57,452 nucleotides of DNA from Bacteroidales bacterium (GTDB lineage: Bacteria > Bacteroidota > Bacteroidia > Bacteroidales > B18-G4), in contig JAZBOU010000025.1 of assembly GCA_036351275.1 (NCBI GenBank), positions 1-57,452 on the forward strand, written 5' to 3'. The notes under the pieces are model-generated. The model was not told the origin of the DNA, ran no database searches, and was given only the letters and a program-made list of their open reading frames with translations. A program made the position numbers and the translations under genes. The first letter of the stretch is position 1; each line of letters begins with the position of its first letter. Of this stretch, positions 49,225 to 57,452 are shown piece after piece.

Positions 49225-51558
49225 ATGAAGCTCAGAACCTCACTTACTTTCTTCCTTACCTCATTCATACTCCTGCTTTTGATATCAACTGAAGTTCATG
49301 CTCAGACAGGTACCATCCGCGGAACCATATATGAAAAAGAAACCGGTGAACCTGTGATCTTTACGAATGTTTATCTTAAGGGAACGACTTTCGGTTCTGC
49401 TTCAGATGTGAATGGACTTTATGTGATCTCGCAGGTTCCTCCCGGTCAATATTTGCTTATGGTGACCTATCTTGGCTATGACACACTGCAGATGGATATT
49501 ACGGTCAAGGCTGATGAGATCATAACGCAAAACCTTGTTCTTGAAGCAGCGTCAGTAACCCTCGACGTGGTAAATATTTCTGCCGAACGACAGGAAGCAC
49601 GGACGGAAACCAAGATATCTGTGAATAAAGTTACATCAAAGGAGATCAACGAAATCCCATCCATTGGCGGACAACCCGACCTTGCCCAGTATCTGCAGGT
49701 ACTTCCGGGAGTAGTGTTTACCGGAGACCAGGGCGGCCAGCTTTATATCAGGGGTGGGTCTCCCATACAGAACAAAGTGCTCCTCGACGGAATGGTGATA
49801 TATAATCCATTCCACTCTATCGGGCTGTTCTCCGTTTTTGATACAGATATCCTTAGAAATGCCGATGTATATACCGGTGGTTTCGGAGCGGAATACGGGG
49901 GAAGGATATCTTCCATTATGGACATTACCACTCGCGACGGGAATAAGAAAAGGATCGCAGGAAAAGTGGGGGCCAGCACATTCGGGGCTAAGGTCATGAT
50001 CGAGGGCCCGCTGGCAAAACAAAAAGAAACAGGTGGTTCAAGTTCGTCATTTGTGCTTTCAGCCAAGAATTCCTACCTGGAGCAATCCTCAAAGATCTTT
50101 TACGATTACATTAATGAGGACGGGCTTCCATTCAATTACCTTGACCTTTATGGTAAACTGTCGTTCAATTTCGGAAATGGATCCAAGATCAACTTCTATG
50201 GTTTCAATTTCACCGACAGGGTAAACCAGTACAAAGCCATTGCTGATTTTAGCTGGAACCAGGCAGGCGGGGGTACAAATTTTGTGATCATCCCCGGAAA
50301 AACAGCCGTTATGATCGGCGGTCATGCAGCCTATTCCAAATATAAAGTCACCCTTAAAGACGACATCAATCCCGACAGGTCAAGCGAGATCGGTGGCTTC
50401 AATATGGGTTTCGACTTCAATTATTTCCTCGGACACGACCAGCTGAAATACGGGATCGAGATCCTCGGCTTTACAACCGATTATTATTTTATCAATTCCG
50501 TTGGCCGTACCATCTCTCAGAAAGAGAACACAACTGAACTGGGGCTTTACGTGAAATATAAAAAGACCGCAGGCAAGGTGCTTATCGAACCCAGCTTCAG
50601 GTTGCAGTGGTATGCGTCCCTGTCCCAGATGTCGCCGGAGCCAAGGTTGTCGATGAAATATAATGTTACCGATAACTTCAGGATCAAATTTGCGGGCGGG
50701 CTCTACTCACAGAACCTGATCAGTGCTACTTCCGACCGCGATGTAGTAAACCTGTTCTACGGATTCCTTTCGGGATCGGATAACCTGCCGGATGAATTCG
50801 ACGGCAAGGAGGTGACACACAACCTTCAGAAATCAGAACATTTGATCCTGGGTGCTGAATTTGACATTGGAAGATTCATCACCATGAACATTGAGGGGTA
50901 TTACAAGAACTTCTCCCAGCTCACTAATCTGAACAGAAATAAGATCTTCGATGAGGAGAAAGCACCCCAGGCACCTGATCTGCTCACCAAAGACTTTATC
51001 GTGGAAAAGGGTGACGCTGAAGGAATAGATTTTACATTTAAATTCGATAACAGCCGTTTCTACATCTGGGCCGTTTATTCATTTGCTTTCGTAAACCGCT
51101 ATTACGAGGATGCCAGTGGTGAACTGCAGCATTATAACCCGCATTTCGACAGGCGACACAATGTGAACCTGCTGGGAGTATATCGATTTGGCGGGAAAAA
51201 GGACTGGGAACTCAGTGCCAGGTGGAACTTCGGATCGGGATTTCCTTTTACCCAGACCCAGGGATACTATGAAAAGATCAATTTTGATGAAGGGATCTAT
51301 ACTGATTATACCACGATCAACGGAGAGCTTGGCATACTCTATGCCGAACTGAATGCGGGCAGGTTGCCCACTTATCACAGGCTGGACCTTAACCTGAAAA
51401 AAAGGTTCCACATCAGTGAGCATACTATTTTTGAAGCAGACCTGAGTGTGGTCAATGTATATAACAGGGAAAATGTATTCTATGTCGACAGGATCACTAA
51501 CGAGGTGGTTTACCAGCTCCCGATCATGCCAAGCCTTGGAATCTCCCTTACTTTTTAA
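49225..51558 (+). CDS. TonB-dependent receptor
   Basis: N-terminal CarboxypepD-like domain, plug (LPGV, YIRGG, LLDG, GGF.AEYGGR.SS), RLPTYHRLD, terminal Phe. Confidence 0.92.
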   Translation: MKLRTSLTFFLTSFILLLLISTEVHAQTGTIRGTIYEKETGEPVIFTNVYLKGTTFGSASDVNGLYVISQVPPGQYLLMVTYLGYDTLQMDITVKADEIITQNLVLEAASVTLDVVNISAERQEARTETKISVNKVTSKEINEIPSIGGQPDLAQYLQVLPGVVFTGDQGGQLYIRGGSPIQNKVLLDGMVIYNPFHSIGLFSVFDTDILRNADVYTGGFGAEYGGRISSIMDITTRDGNKKRIAGKVGASTFGAKVMIEGPLAKQKETGGSSSSFVLSAKNSYLEQSSKIFYDYINEDGLPFNYLDLYGKLSFNFGNGSKINFYGFNFTDRVNQYKAIADFSWNQAGGGTNFVIIPGKTAVMIGGHAAYSKYKVTLKDDINPDRSSEIGGFNMGFDFNYFLGHDQLKYGIEILGFTTDYYFINSVGRTISQKENTTELGLYVKYKKTAGKVLIEPSFRLQWYASLSQMSPEPRLSMKYNVTDNFRIKFAGGLYSQNLISATSDRDVVNLFYGFLSGSDNLPDEFDGKEVTHNLQKSEHLILGAEFDIGRFITMNIEGYYKNFSQLTNLNRNKIFDEEKAPQAPDLLTKDFIVEKGDAEGIDFTFKFDNSRFYIWAVYSFAFVNRYYEDASGELQHYNPHFDRRHNVNLLGVYRFGGKKDWELSARWNFGSGFPFTQTQGYYEKINFDEGIYTDYTTINGELGILYAELNAGRLPTYHRLDLNLKKRFHISEHTIFEADLSVVNVYNRENVFYVDRITNEVVYQLPIMPSLGISLTF

Positions 51559-51613
51559 TATCGACTTCATCCGGCTATGCCGTTAACATATTACTTTTTT
51601 AAAATCAAATGTG

Positions 51614-53734
51614 ATGAAAAACCTTTTGTCATTCAGTTTCTTAATTGTTACCCTGCTGATGATCAGCAGTTGTGCAGATAACAAAAGCAAAATGAATCCA
51701 CCAGTTGCGAATAAGATCAACAAGGAGCTCACCGCTCACAATGACACCCGTATCGACCCTTATTACTGGCTCAACGACAGAGAAAACCCTGAGGTGATCA
51801 GCTACCTGGAAGAAGAGAACAATTACACCGAGGCCATGATGAAGCATACTGAGGAGCTTCAGACAGAACTCTATGATGAGATCGTTGGCAGGATCAAGCA
51901 GACCGATATGTCGGTACCATACAAGCGCAACGGATATTTCTACTATTCCCGCTACGAGGAAGGCATGGAATACCCGATCTATTGCAGGAAGGAAGGTACC
52001 CTGGAAGCGGATGAAGAGATCATGCTGAACGTGAATGAGATGGCAGAGGGTTACAGCTATTTTCAGGTTGGCGGTATCTCGGTAAGCCATGATAATAAGC
52101 TCATTGCCTATGGTGTGGACACGCTTAGCCGCCGTAAATACACCATACATTTCAAGGACCTGGAAACCGGCGAGATACTGGCTGATGCGATACTCAATAC
52201 TACGGGATATGCGCCCTGGGCCTCCGACAACAAGACCGTATTCTACACACGCAAAGATGAAGTTACCCTGCGCCCGGAAAAGATCTTCAGGCACAAACTG
52301 GGCGATGATGCCTCAAAGGATCCACTCATCTATTTCGAAGAAGATGAAACTTTCCGTACCGGGATATCCCTTTCAAAATCGATGGAATACCTTATGATAG
52401 GATCTTTCAGCACCCTTTCATCGGAATACAGGATACTGAAAGCCGACGACCCGGAAGGAGAGTTCAGTATTTTCCAGGAAAGGCAACCTGAACTGGAATA
52501 CTATATCAGTCATTATCAGGACCGCTTTTATATCCGCACCAACCATGAAGCCAAGAATTTCAGGTTGATGGAAACACCTGCCAGGCGTACCGCCCTGAAA
52601 AACTGGAAAGAGGTTATCCCGCATCGCGAAGATGTGTTGCTTGAGGATTATGAAGTGTTCAATAAATACCTGGCTCTGCAGGAACGTAAAAACGGCCTTA
52701 CCGAGATCAGGGTCCTGAGCCATGATGCCAAAAAGGATTTCTATATCGAGTTTGATGAACAGGCCTATGTCGTTTACTTATCGACCAACCTCGATTTCGA
52801 TACCGAACTGCTGCGATACGGGTATACTTCAATGACTATTCCGAATTCGGTATACGATTATAACATGAATACCGGACAGAAGGAATTACTCAAAAGGCAG
52901 GAAGTTGTTGGGGGATATGATCCCGACCTCTACTATGCTGAGCGCTTGTTTGCAACAGCTGCCGACGGGGTGAAGGTCCCAATCTCCCTGGTATATAAGA
53001 AAGACCTCAAAAAAGAGGGTGGCAATCCACTCGTGCTTTATGGTTATGGGTCTTATGGGGCGAGTATGGATCCCTATTTCAGTTCAACACGACTGAGCCT
53101 CCTCGACCGTGGTTTTGTGTATGCCATTGCGCATATCCGTGGTGGTGAAGAGATGGGCCGTCAGTGGTACGAAGACGGGAAACTGCTTAAAAAGAAGAAT
53201 ACGTTTACCGATTTTATCAGCTGTGGTGAATTCCTCATTGAAAAAGGCTATACCACTCCCGACAACATTTATGCGATGGGTGGCAGTGCGGGCGGATTGC
53301 TTGTCGGTGCCGTTTATAATATGCGCCCCGATCTTTTTAAAGGAGTAATAGCTGCAGTTCCTTTTGTTGATGTGGTGACGACCATGCTCGACGAGAGTAT
53401 ACCCCTTACAACGGGGGAGTACGATGAGTGGGGAAATCCCAATGTGAAGGAGTATTACGACTATATGCTGTCCTATTCACCCTACGACAACGTTGAGGCA
53501 AAGGACTATCCTGCCATGCTGGTCACCACCGGATTACATGACTCGCAGGTACAGTACTGGGAACCTGCCAAGTGGGTGGCCAAGTTGCGTGATATGAAAA
53601 CCGATGACAACCTTTTATTGCTCTGGACCAATATGGATTATGGTCATGGAGGTGCCTCAGGCCGTTTCCAGCGGTATAAAGAAGTAGCTCTGGAATATGC
53701 ATTCCTGATCGACCTTGCCGGCGTTGATTATTAG
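51614..53734 (+). CDS. ptrB: Oligopeptidase B (S9A)
   Basis: DPYYWL, RGGEEMG, GGSAGG, DSQVQYWEPAKW, GHGG; N-terminal signal with possible lipobox. Confidence 0.94.
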   Translation: MKNLLSFSFLIVTLLMISSCADNKSKMNPPVANKINKELTAHNDTRIDPYYWLNDRENPEVISYLEEENNYTEAMMKHTEELQTELYDEIVGRIKQTDMSVPYKRNGYFYYSRYEEGMEYPIYCRKEGTLEADEEIMLNVNEMAEGYSYFQVGGISVSHDNKLIAYGVDTLSRRKYTIHFKDLETGEILADAILNTTGYAPWASDNKTVFYTRKDEVTLRPEKIFRHKLGDDASKDPLIYFEEDETFRTGISLSKSMEYLMIGSFSTLSSEYRILKADDPEGEFSIFQERQPELEYYISHYQDRFYIRTNHEAKNFRLMETPARRTALKNWKEVIPHREDVLLEDYEVFNKYLALQERKNGLTEIRVLSHDAKKDFYIEFDEQAYVVYLSTNLDFDTELLRYGYTSMTIPNSVYDYNMNTGQKELLKRQEVVGGYDPDLYYAERLFATAADGVKVPISLVYKKDLKKEGGNPLVLYGYGSYGASMDPYFSSTRLSLLDRGFVYAIAHIRGGEEMGRQWYEDGKLLKKKNTFTDFISCGEFLIEKGYTTPDNIYAMGGSAGGLLVGAVYNMRPDLFKGVIAAVPFVDVVTTMLDESIPLTTGEYDEWGNPNVKEYYDYMLSYSPYDNVEAKDYPAMLVTTGLHDSQVQYWEPAKWVAKLRDMKTDDNLLLLWTNMDYGHGGASGRFQRYKEVALEYAFLIDLAGVDY

Positions 53735-54435
53735 GATTCTTTTGTTTCAAGCTTGAATCCGGCACCATGCACATTAGTGATGGAGATGTCAGGATCATCT
53801 TTAAAGTATTTGCGCAATTTGGCAATGAACACATCCATGCTCCTCCCCAGGAAATAATCGTCGTTTCCCCATACTTCAGTCAGGATATCTTCCCGTGGCA
53901 CCAGCTGGTTTGCATTTTTTGCAAGTATGCTCAGAAGTGCGGTTTCCTTGCGTGTGAGTGTTCTGCTACTGTTCCCGTTTTTTAATACCATATTGGCACA
54001 ATCAAAGCGATAGGATCCAAGGGCATAGATCTCTTTCAAATCTTTTTCTCCGGAGGGATTGTTCGTGTTGCATCGTCTGAGGATGGCCTCTATTCTCAGG
54101 CTTAGCTCCTCTGTGCTGAAAGGCTTGGTGATATAATCGTCGCAGCCCGTTTGAAATCCTTTGATCCGATCCTCTTTAAGCGACTTTGCGGTCAGGAATA
54201 TGATCGGGATGACCTGGTCCGTCTTTCTGATCTTTTCTGCAAGTGAAAAGCCATCCATTTTAGGCATCATCACATCGAGGATGCACATGTCGAACCCCCC
54301 TTTCTGGAAAGCCTCAAGACCTTCTTCGCCATTGCTGGTCAACAGGGTCTTATAACCCAGCATTTCCAGGTAGTCTTGCAATACCATACTGAGGTTAGGA
54401 TCGTCTTCTGCTAGTAAAATGCGTGCTTTTTCCAT
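53731..54435 (-). CDS. OmpR-family response regulator (RprY-like)
   Basis: AEDD, LDVMMP, FLTA, TKPF; winged helix RSMDVFI.KLRK. Confidence 0.93.
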   Translation of the reverse strand: MEKARILLAEDDPNLSMVLQDYLEMLGYKTLLTSNGEEGLEAFQKGGFDMCILDVMMPKMDGFSLAEKIRKTDQVIPIIFLTAKSLKEDRIKGFQTGCDDYITKPFSTEELSLRIEAILRRCNTNNPSGEKDLKEIYALGSYRFDCANMVLKNGNSSRTLTRKETALLSILAKNANQLVPREDILTEVWGNDDYFLGRSMDVFIAKLRKYFKDDPDISITNVHGAGFKLETKES

Positions 54436-54445
54436 TCTTCGTAAT

Positions 54446-55720
54446 TTATTTAACCGGTAAAGAAATTATAAAATTGCTTCCTTTGTTGAGTTCACTTTTA
54501 ACCGTGATATTCCCGCCCTGGGCTTCCACCATTGTTTTGACATAAAAAAGGCCCAGGCCAAATCCTTTCACATCATGTATGTTTCCCGTAGGAACCCGAA
54601 ACAGTTTCTTGAAAATATGTTTCTGGTTTTCCGGGCTGATCCCGATACCGTTATCGCTGATGCTCAAGACCAGCATGCCCTTATCGTTGCGTGTGCTGAT
54701 ATTGATCAGTGGTTTTTCAGGAGTATACTTCAGGGCATTATCGATCAGGTTTACAATGATATTGGTAAGGTGGGTTTTGTCGGCCCTCAGTTGATGTTGC
54801 TCAGCTTGCAGGTGGAGCTTGATCTCACCACCCTTGCGTATCATTTTGGCCGAGAAATGTTCGGCCATCTTGCGAATGATCCTGTGTACGTCGACATCTT
54901 TGAGCTTCAGCTTGAACTCTCCTTTCTCAAGAACCGAAAGCTGCAGCACCTGATCCACCTGCTTCTGAAGGCGTGCATTTTCATCAAAGATCACGCTGGC
55001 GTAACGCCTGGTTTTATAAGGAAACTCGTTTACATCCGATTTAAGCAGCATCTCGCTGGACAGCGAAATAGTGGCGATCGGTGTTTTAAATTCATGGGTC
55101 ATATTATTGATGAAATCCGATTTTATCTCAGAAAGCTTTTTCTGCCTGTACATCAACCTGATAACCTTATAGAAGCTAAAGATCAAGATGAACAGGAAGA
55201 CCAGGCTCAGCACGATCATAAACATTATTTCCTGCATGATCTGCACTTCTTTTCCCGGGAACACCACTCCCAGGTAAAATACATCTTCTTTATAAATGCA
55301 TGTAAGGGAAACACGATGCTTGCTTGAAAGCAGGTCGGCCTCATATCCCTCGTATGGTCCCAGTATAAAAGCCGAATCCCGTTCATTGAAAACACCGTAG
55401 AAATATTCTTTATCGAGCTCAAGGCAATTGAATTCAAACATCAGGAGTGAATCCAGGAGTTTTGCATCGATGATCTCCCTTATGTCCTTGTTCCCGAAAG
55501 CCAGCGTATCGCAGGGTGAAAGCAGGTATTTTGCCGATGAATCGATCTGTGCATCCAGTATCTGGGTGGAAACGCTTTTAAGGGCTACCTTGGCACGCTG
55601 GTCAAAAAATTCTTCGCGAAGCTGATGTGCATCCCTCACCCAGAAGAACTGAGTCAGGATGATCCCCAGGATGGCAAATACTGCGATGGCGATAAACAAG
55701 GAAACCCTGCGTTTTTTCAT
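54446..55720 (-). CDS. Sensor histidine kinase (RprX-like)
   Basis: Two TMs, FINNMTHEFKTP, NLIDNALKY, DNGIG, GFGLGL; ATG at 55720 preferred. Confidence 0.93.
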   Translation of the reverse strand: MKKRRVSLFIAIAVFAILGIILTQFFWVRDAHQLREEFFDQRAKVALKSVSTQILDAQIDSSAKYLLSPCDTLAFGNKDIREIIDAKLLDSLLMFEFNCLELDKEYFYGVFNERDSAFILGPYEGYEADLLSSKHRVSLTCIYKEDVFYLGVVFPGKEVQIMQEIMFMIVLSLVFLFILIFSFYKVIRLMYRQKKLSEIKSDFINNMTHEFKTPIATISLSSEMLLKSDVNEFPYKTRRYASVIFDENARLQKQVDQVLQLSVLEKGEFKLKLKDVDVHRIIRKMAEHFSAKMIRKGGEIKLHLQAEQHQLRADKTHLTNIIVNLIDNALKYTPEKPLINISTRNDKGMLVLSISDNGIGISPENQKHIFKKLFRVPTGNIHDVKGFGLGLFYVKTMVEAQGGNITVKSELNKGSNFIISLPVK

Positions 55721-55759
55721 AGTCAAGTGTATAAACACTTATGGAGCAGCTTCTGTTCA

Positions 55760-55797
55760 TTAACAAATTGTTAACACTGTTTAACAAGCCATTAACA
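55760..55797. promoter_or_regulatory. Four TTAACA direct repeats, putative OmpR-family binding site
   Basis: TTAACA at 55760, 55771, 55781 and 55792 (11/10/11 spacing) in the divergent promoter of the two-component genes. Confidence 0.7.
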
Positions 55798-55869
55798 GTA
55801 GGTGGGGGATTGTTATATTAATTTAGCCACCGGAAAACGATTTTTTATCAAACTAAATCTTATCACCTT

Positions 55870-56175
55870 ATGAAAAAAATAATCTTAGGTTTGGCACTTG
55901 TGAGTTTTATCGTTCTTGGAAGCGTTGGCGTTCATTATGCGGTAACTTTTTCAGATAATTCAGAGATCGTGAATCTTCAACTTGACGACGATCCGGACAA
56001 AAACAAGAAAGCCGAAGCAAAAACAGACGGTAAAAAGGATTGTGCAAAGAAGTGCGACAAGACAAAAGCGAATTGCTGCCCGGATTCCAAAGCGAAATGC
56101 AAGACTGAATACAAGCAGTGCAAAACGAAATGTGCTGACAAGAAAGGTTCAGGCGACGGCGGCGAGAAGAAATAA
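55870..56175 (+). CDS. Small exported Cys/Lys-rich protein
   Basis: N-terminal signal/TM, 7 Cys in the C-terminal half, own terminator. Confidence 0.75.
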   Translation: MKKIILGLALVSFIVLGSVGVHYAVTFSDNSEIVNLQLDDDPDKNKKAEAKTDGKKDCAKKCDKTKANCCPDSKAKCKTEYKQCKTKCADKKGSGDGGEKK

Positions 56176-56200
56176 TTTTTCATTAATTAATTTGGTTTTG

Positions 56201-56230
56201 GCCCCCGGTGAATTTTCATCGGGGGTTTTT
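56201..56230 (+). terminator. Intrinsic terminator
   Basis: GC-rich hairpin GCCCCCGGTGAATTTTCATCGGGGG followed by a T run. Confidence 0.85.
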
Positions 56231-56306
56231 CTTTACTTCTTCTCTCTTCTATCTCTTTCAGGGATATACCTTCTTCTATATGTTCTGCATTCTACAATCA
56301 ATAGAT

Positions 56307-56360
56307 TCGGTTAAATCAGTTAAATCAGTTAAATCAGTTGAATCAGTTGAATCAGTTAAA
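56307..56360. repeat. Nonamer tandem array (TCAGTT[A/G]AA) x6
   Basis: tcggttaaa tcagttaaa tcagttaaa tcagttgaa tcagttgaa tcagttaaa. Confidence 0.92.
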
Positions 56361-56523
56361 TTGGTAGCAATGATGAATTCCTAACCACCCGGCAGGTGCA
56401 TACTAAATGGAATTCACGGATCGAACCTCTTCATTCCTTTCCGCTGCACTCAATAATGCTTCGATGATCGCTGTCGCCAGGATGACAATTTTTCTTATAA
56501 TTGTCATTGTAACGACTTAACGA

Positions 56524-56742
56524 ATGAATATCGTAAGTAAAATAATAGGAACGGTAGCATTTATTATTATGCTGATCGGGCTTTTACCATTATTTGGTAT
56601 GCTCAACTATATCGTGATCCCTCTCGCTACGATAGGTTTGTTCTTCGGGATTTTTAGCAGAAACACCGGAGGTTTATTGCTCAATGGCATCGTATTGATC
56701 GTATCTTTAATGCGCCTGATCGCTGGAGGCGGTATTATCTGA
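56524..56742 (+). CDS. Small membrane protein (about 3 TM)
   Basis: 72 aa, hydrophobic, ends RLIAGGGII. Confidence 0.7.
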   Translation: MNIVSKIIGTVAFIIMLIGLLPLFGMLNYIVIPLATIGLFFGIFSRNTGGLLLNGIVLIVSLMRLIAGGGII

Positions 56743-56901
56743 GAGGAATTCGCATGTCAATCTGGATTGAAAACAACATTAAAAATTGAGCAAGAGTGGC
56801 GGGTGCCAGGTACAGCCTGCAACGAATTCCTCCTAATACACACTAGCTGTTACGTTGGTCCGGTCTGTTCACTATATTCCAGGTATTCTTAACTTTGCCT
56901 C

Positions 56902-57306
56902 ATGTCGACATCAACCGTACGCTACACCTCCGATTTGCGCACCGAGTGCACCCATACATTATCAGGAAATACCATCATCACCGATGCCCCGCCCGACAAC
57001 AAAGGAAAAGGGGAGGCCTTTTCGCCCACCGACCTGGTGGCAACATCCCTGGCCTGCTGCATGCTCACCATTATGGGCATTGCCGCCAATGAACATGGCT
57101 TTTCCATCGATGGCACCAGGGCCACTGTTACCAAGGTAATGTATACCGAACCGCGCAGAATAGGGGAGATCCATGTGGATCTGGTTTTTCCCAAAAACGA
57201 TTATTCAGCAAAAGAGAAAAAGATCATCGAAAAAGCGGCATTCACATGCCCGGTATCGCAGAGTCTGCATCCGGAGCTGGTTCAGGATATAAAATTCTTA
57301 TTCTAA
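56902..57306 (+). CDS. OsmC family protein
   Basis: TDAP.DN.GKG..FSPTDL...LACC, CPV..SL. Confidence 0.92.
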   Translation: MSTSTVRYTSDLRTECTHTLSGNTIITDAPPDNKGKGEAFSPTDLVATSLACCMLTIMGIAANEHGFSIDGTRATVTKVMYTEPRRIGEIHVDLVFPKNDYSAKEKKIIEKAAFTCPVSQSLHPELVQDIKFLF

Positions 57307-57383
57307 GCCGTGTTTCGGATTTCGAGTTTTGAATTCACTAGTGTCCGGTTAAATTCTAAATATAGAAAACTGCGTAATTGAAA

Positions 57384-57411
57384 GAGCCGCTCGACTTCGC
57401 TCGCGGTGACA
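57384..57411. repeat. REP-like hairpin element
   Basis: Reverse complement TGTCACCGCGAGCGAAGTCGAGCGGCTC resembles, from memory, the TGTCAnnnnGAGCGAAGTCGA class of dispersed bacterial repeats; single copy here. Confidence 0.5.
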
Positions 57412-57452
57412 AATCAAAGTCATTAAAATAGAATAAGGGCGCGGCACACCAA

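Overview
Core-genome window from a Bacteroidota bacterium, probably Bacteroidales-like; the assignment rests on repeated TAnnTTTG -7 promoter boxes, the zapA-6S-rny order, DUF5723/DUF4294/DUF2851-type genes and a TonB-dependent receptor. It holds about 50 CDS: housekeeping genes (rny, def, ruvX, dapD, tsaC, miaA, pcm, tig-clpP-clpX), an O2-dependent Phe/Tyr catabolic cluster (hmgA-hppD-fahA plus phhA), a fused 2-oxoacid dehydrogenase E1, icd next to a eukaryote-type citrate synthase, envelope and two-component genes, and a REP-associated tyrosine transposase with flanking repeats. RNA genes are one tRNA-Leu(TAG) and a probable 6S RNA. I saw no CRISPR array, prophage or classical defence system. 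The most unusual signal is non-genic: about 15 short tandem arrays of period 7, 8 or 9 nt from several sequence families. About ten start at or within 5 nt of a stop codon, one is translated in frame inside miaA, one spans a start codon, one pair is inverted, and one is interrupted by an 86-bp MITE-like element. All product calls come from motif recognition by eye; no searches were run.
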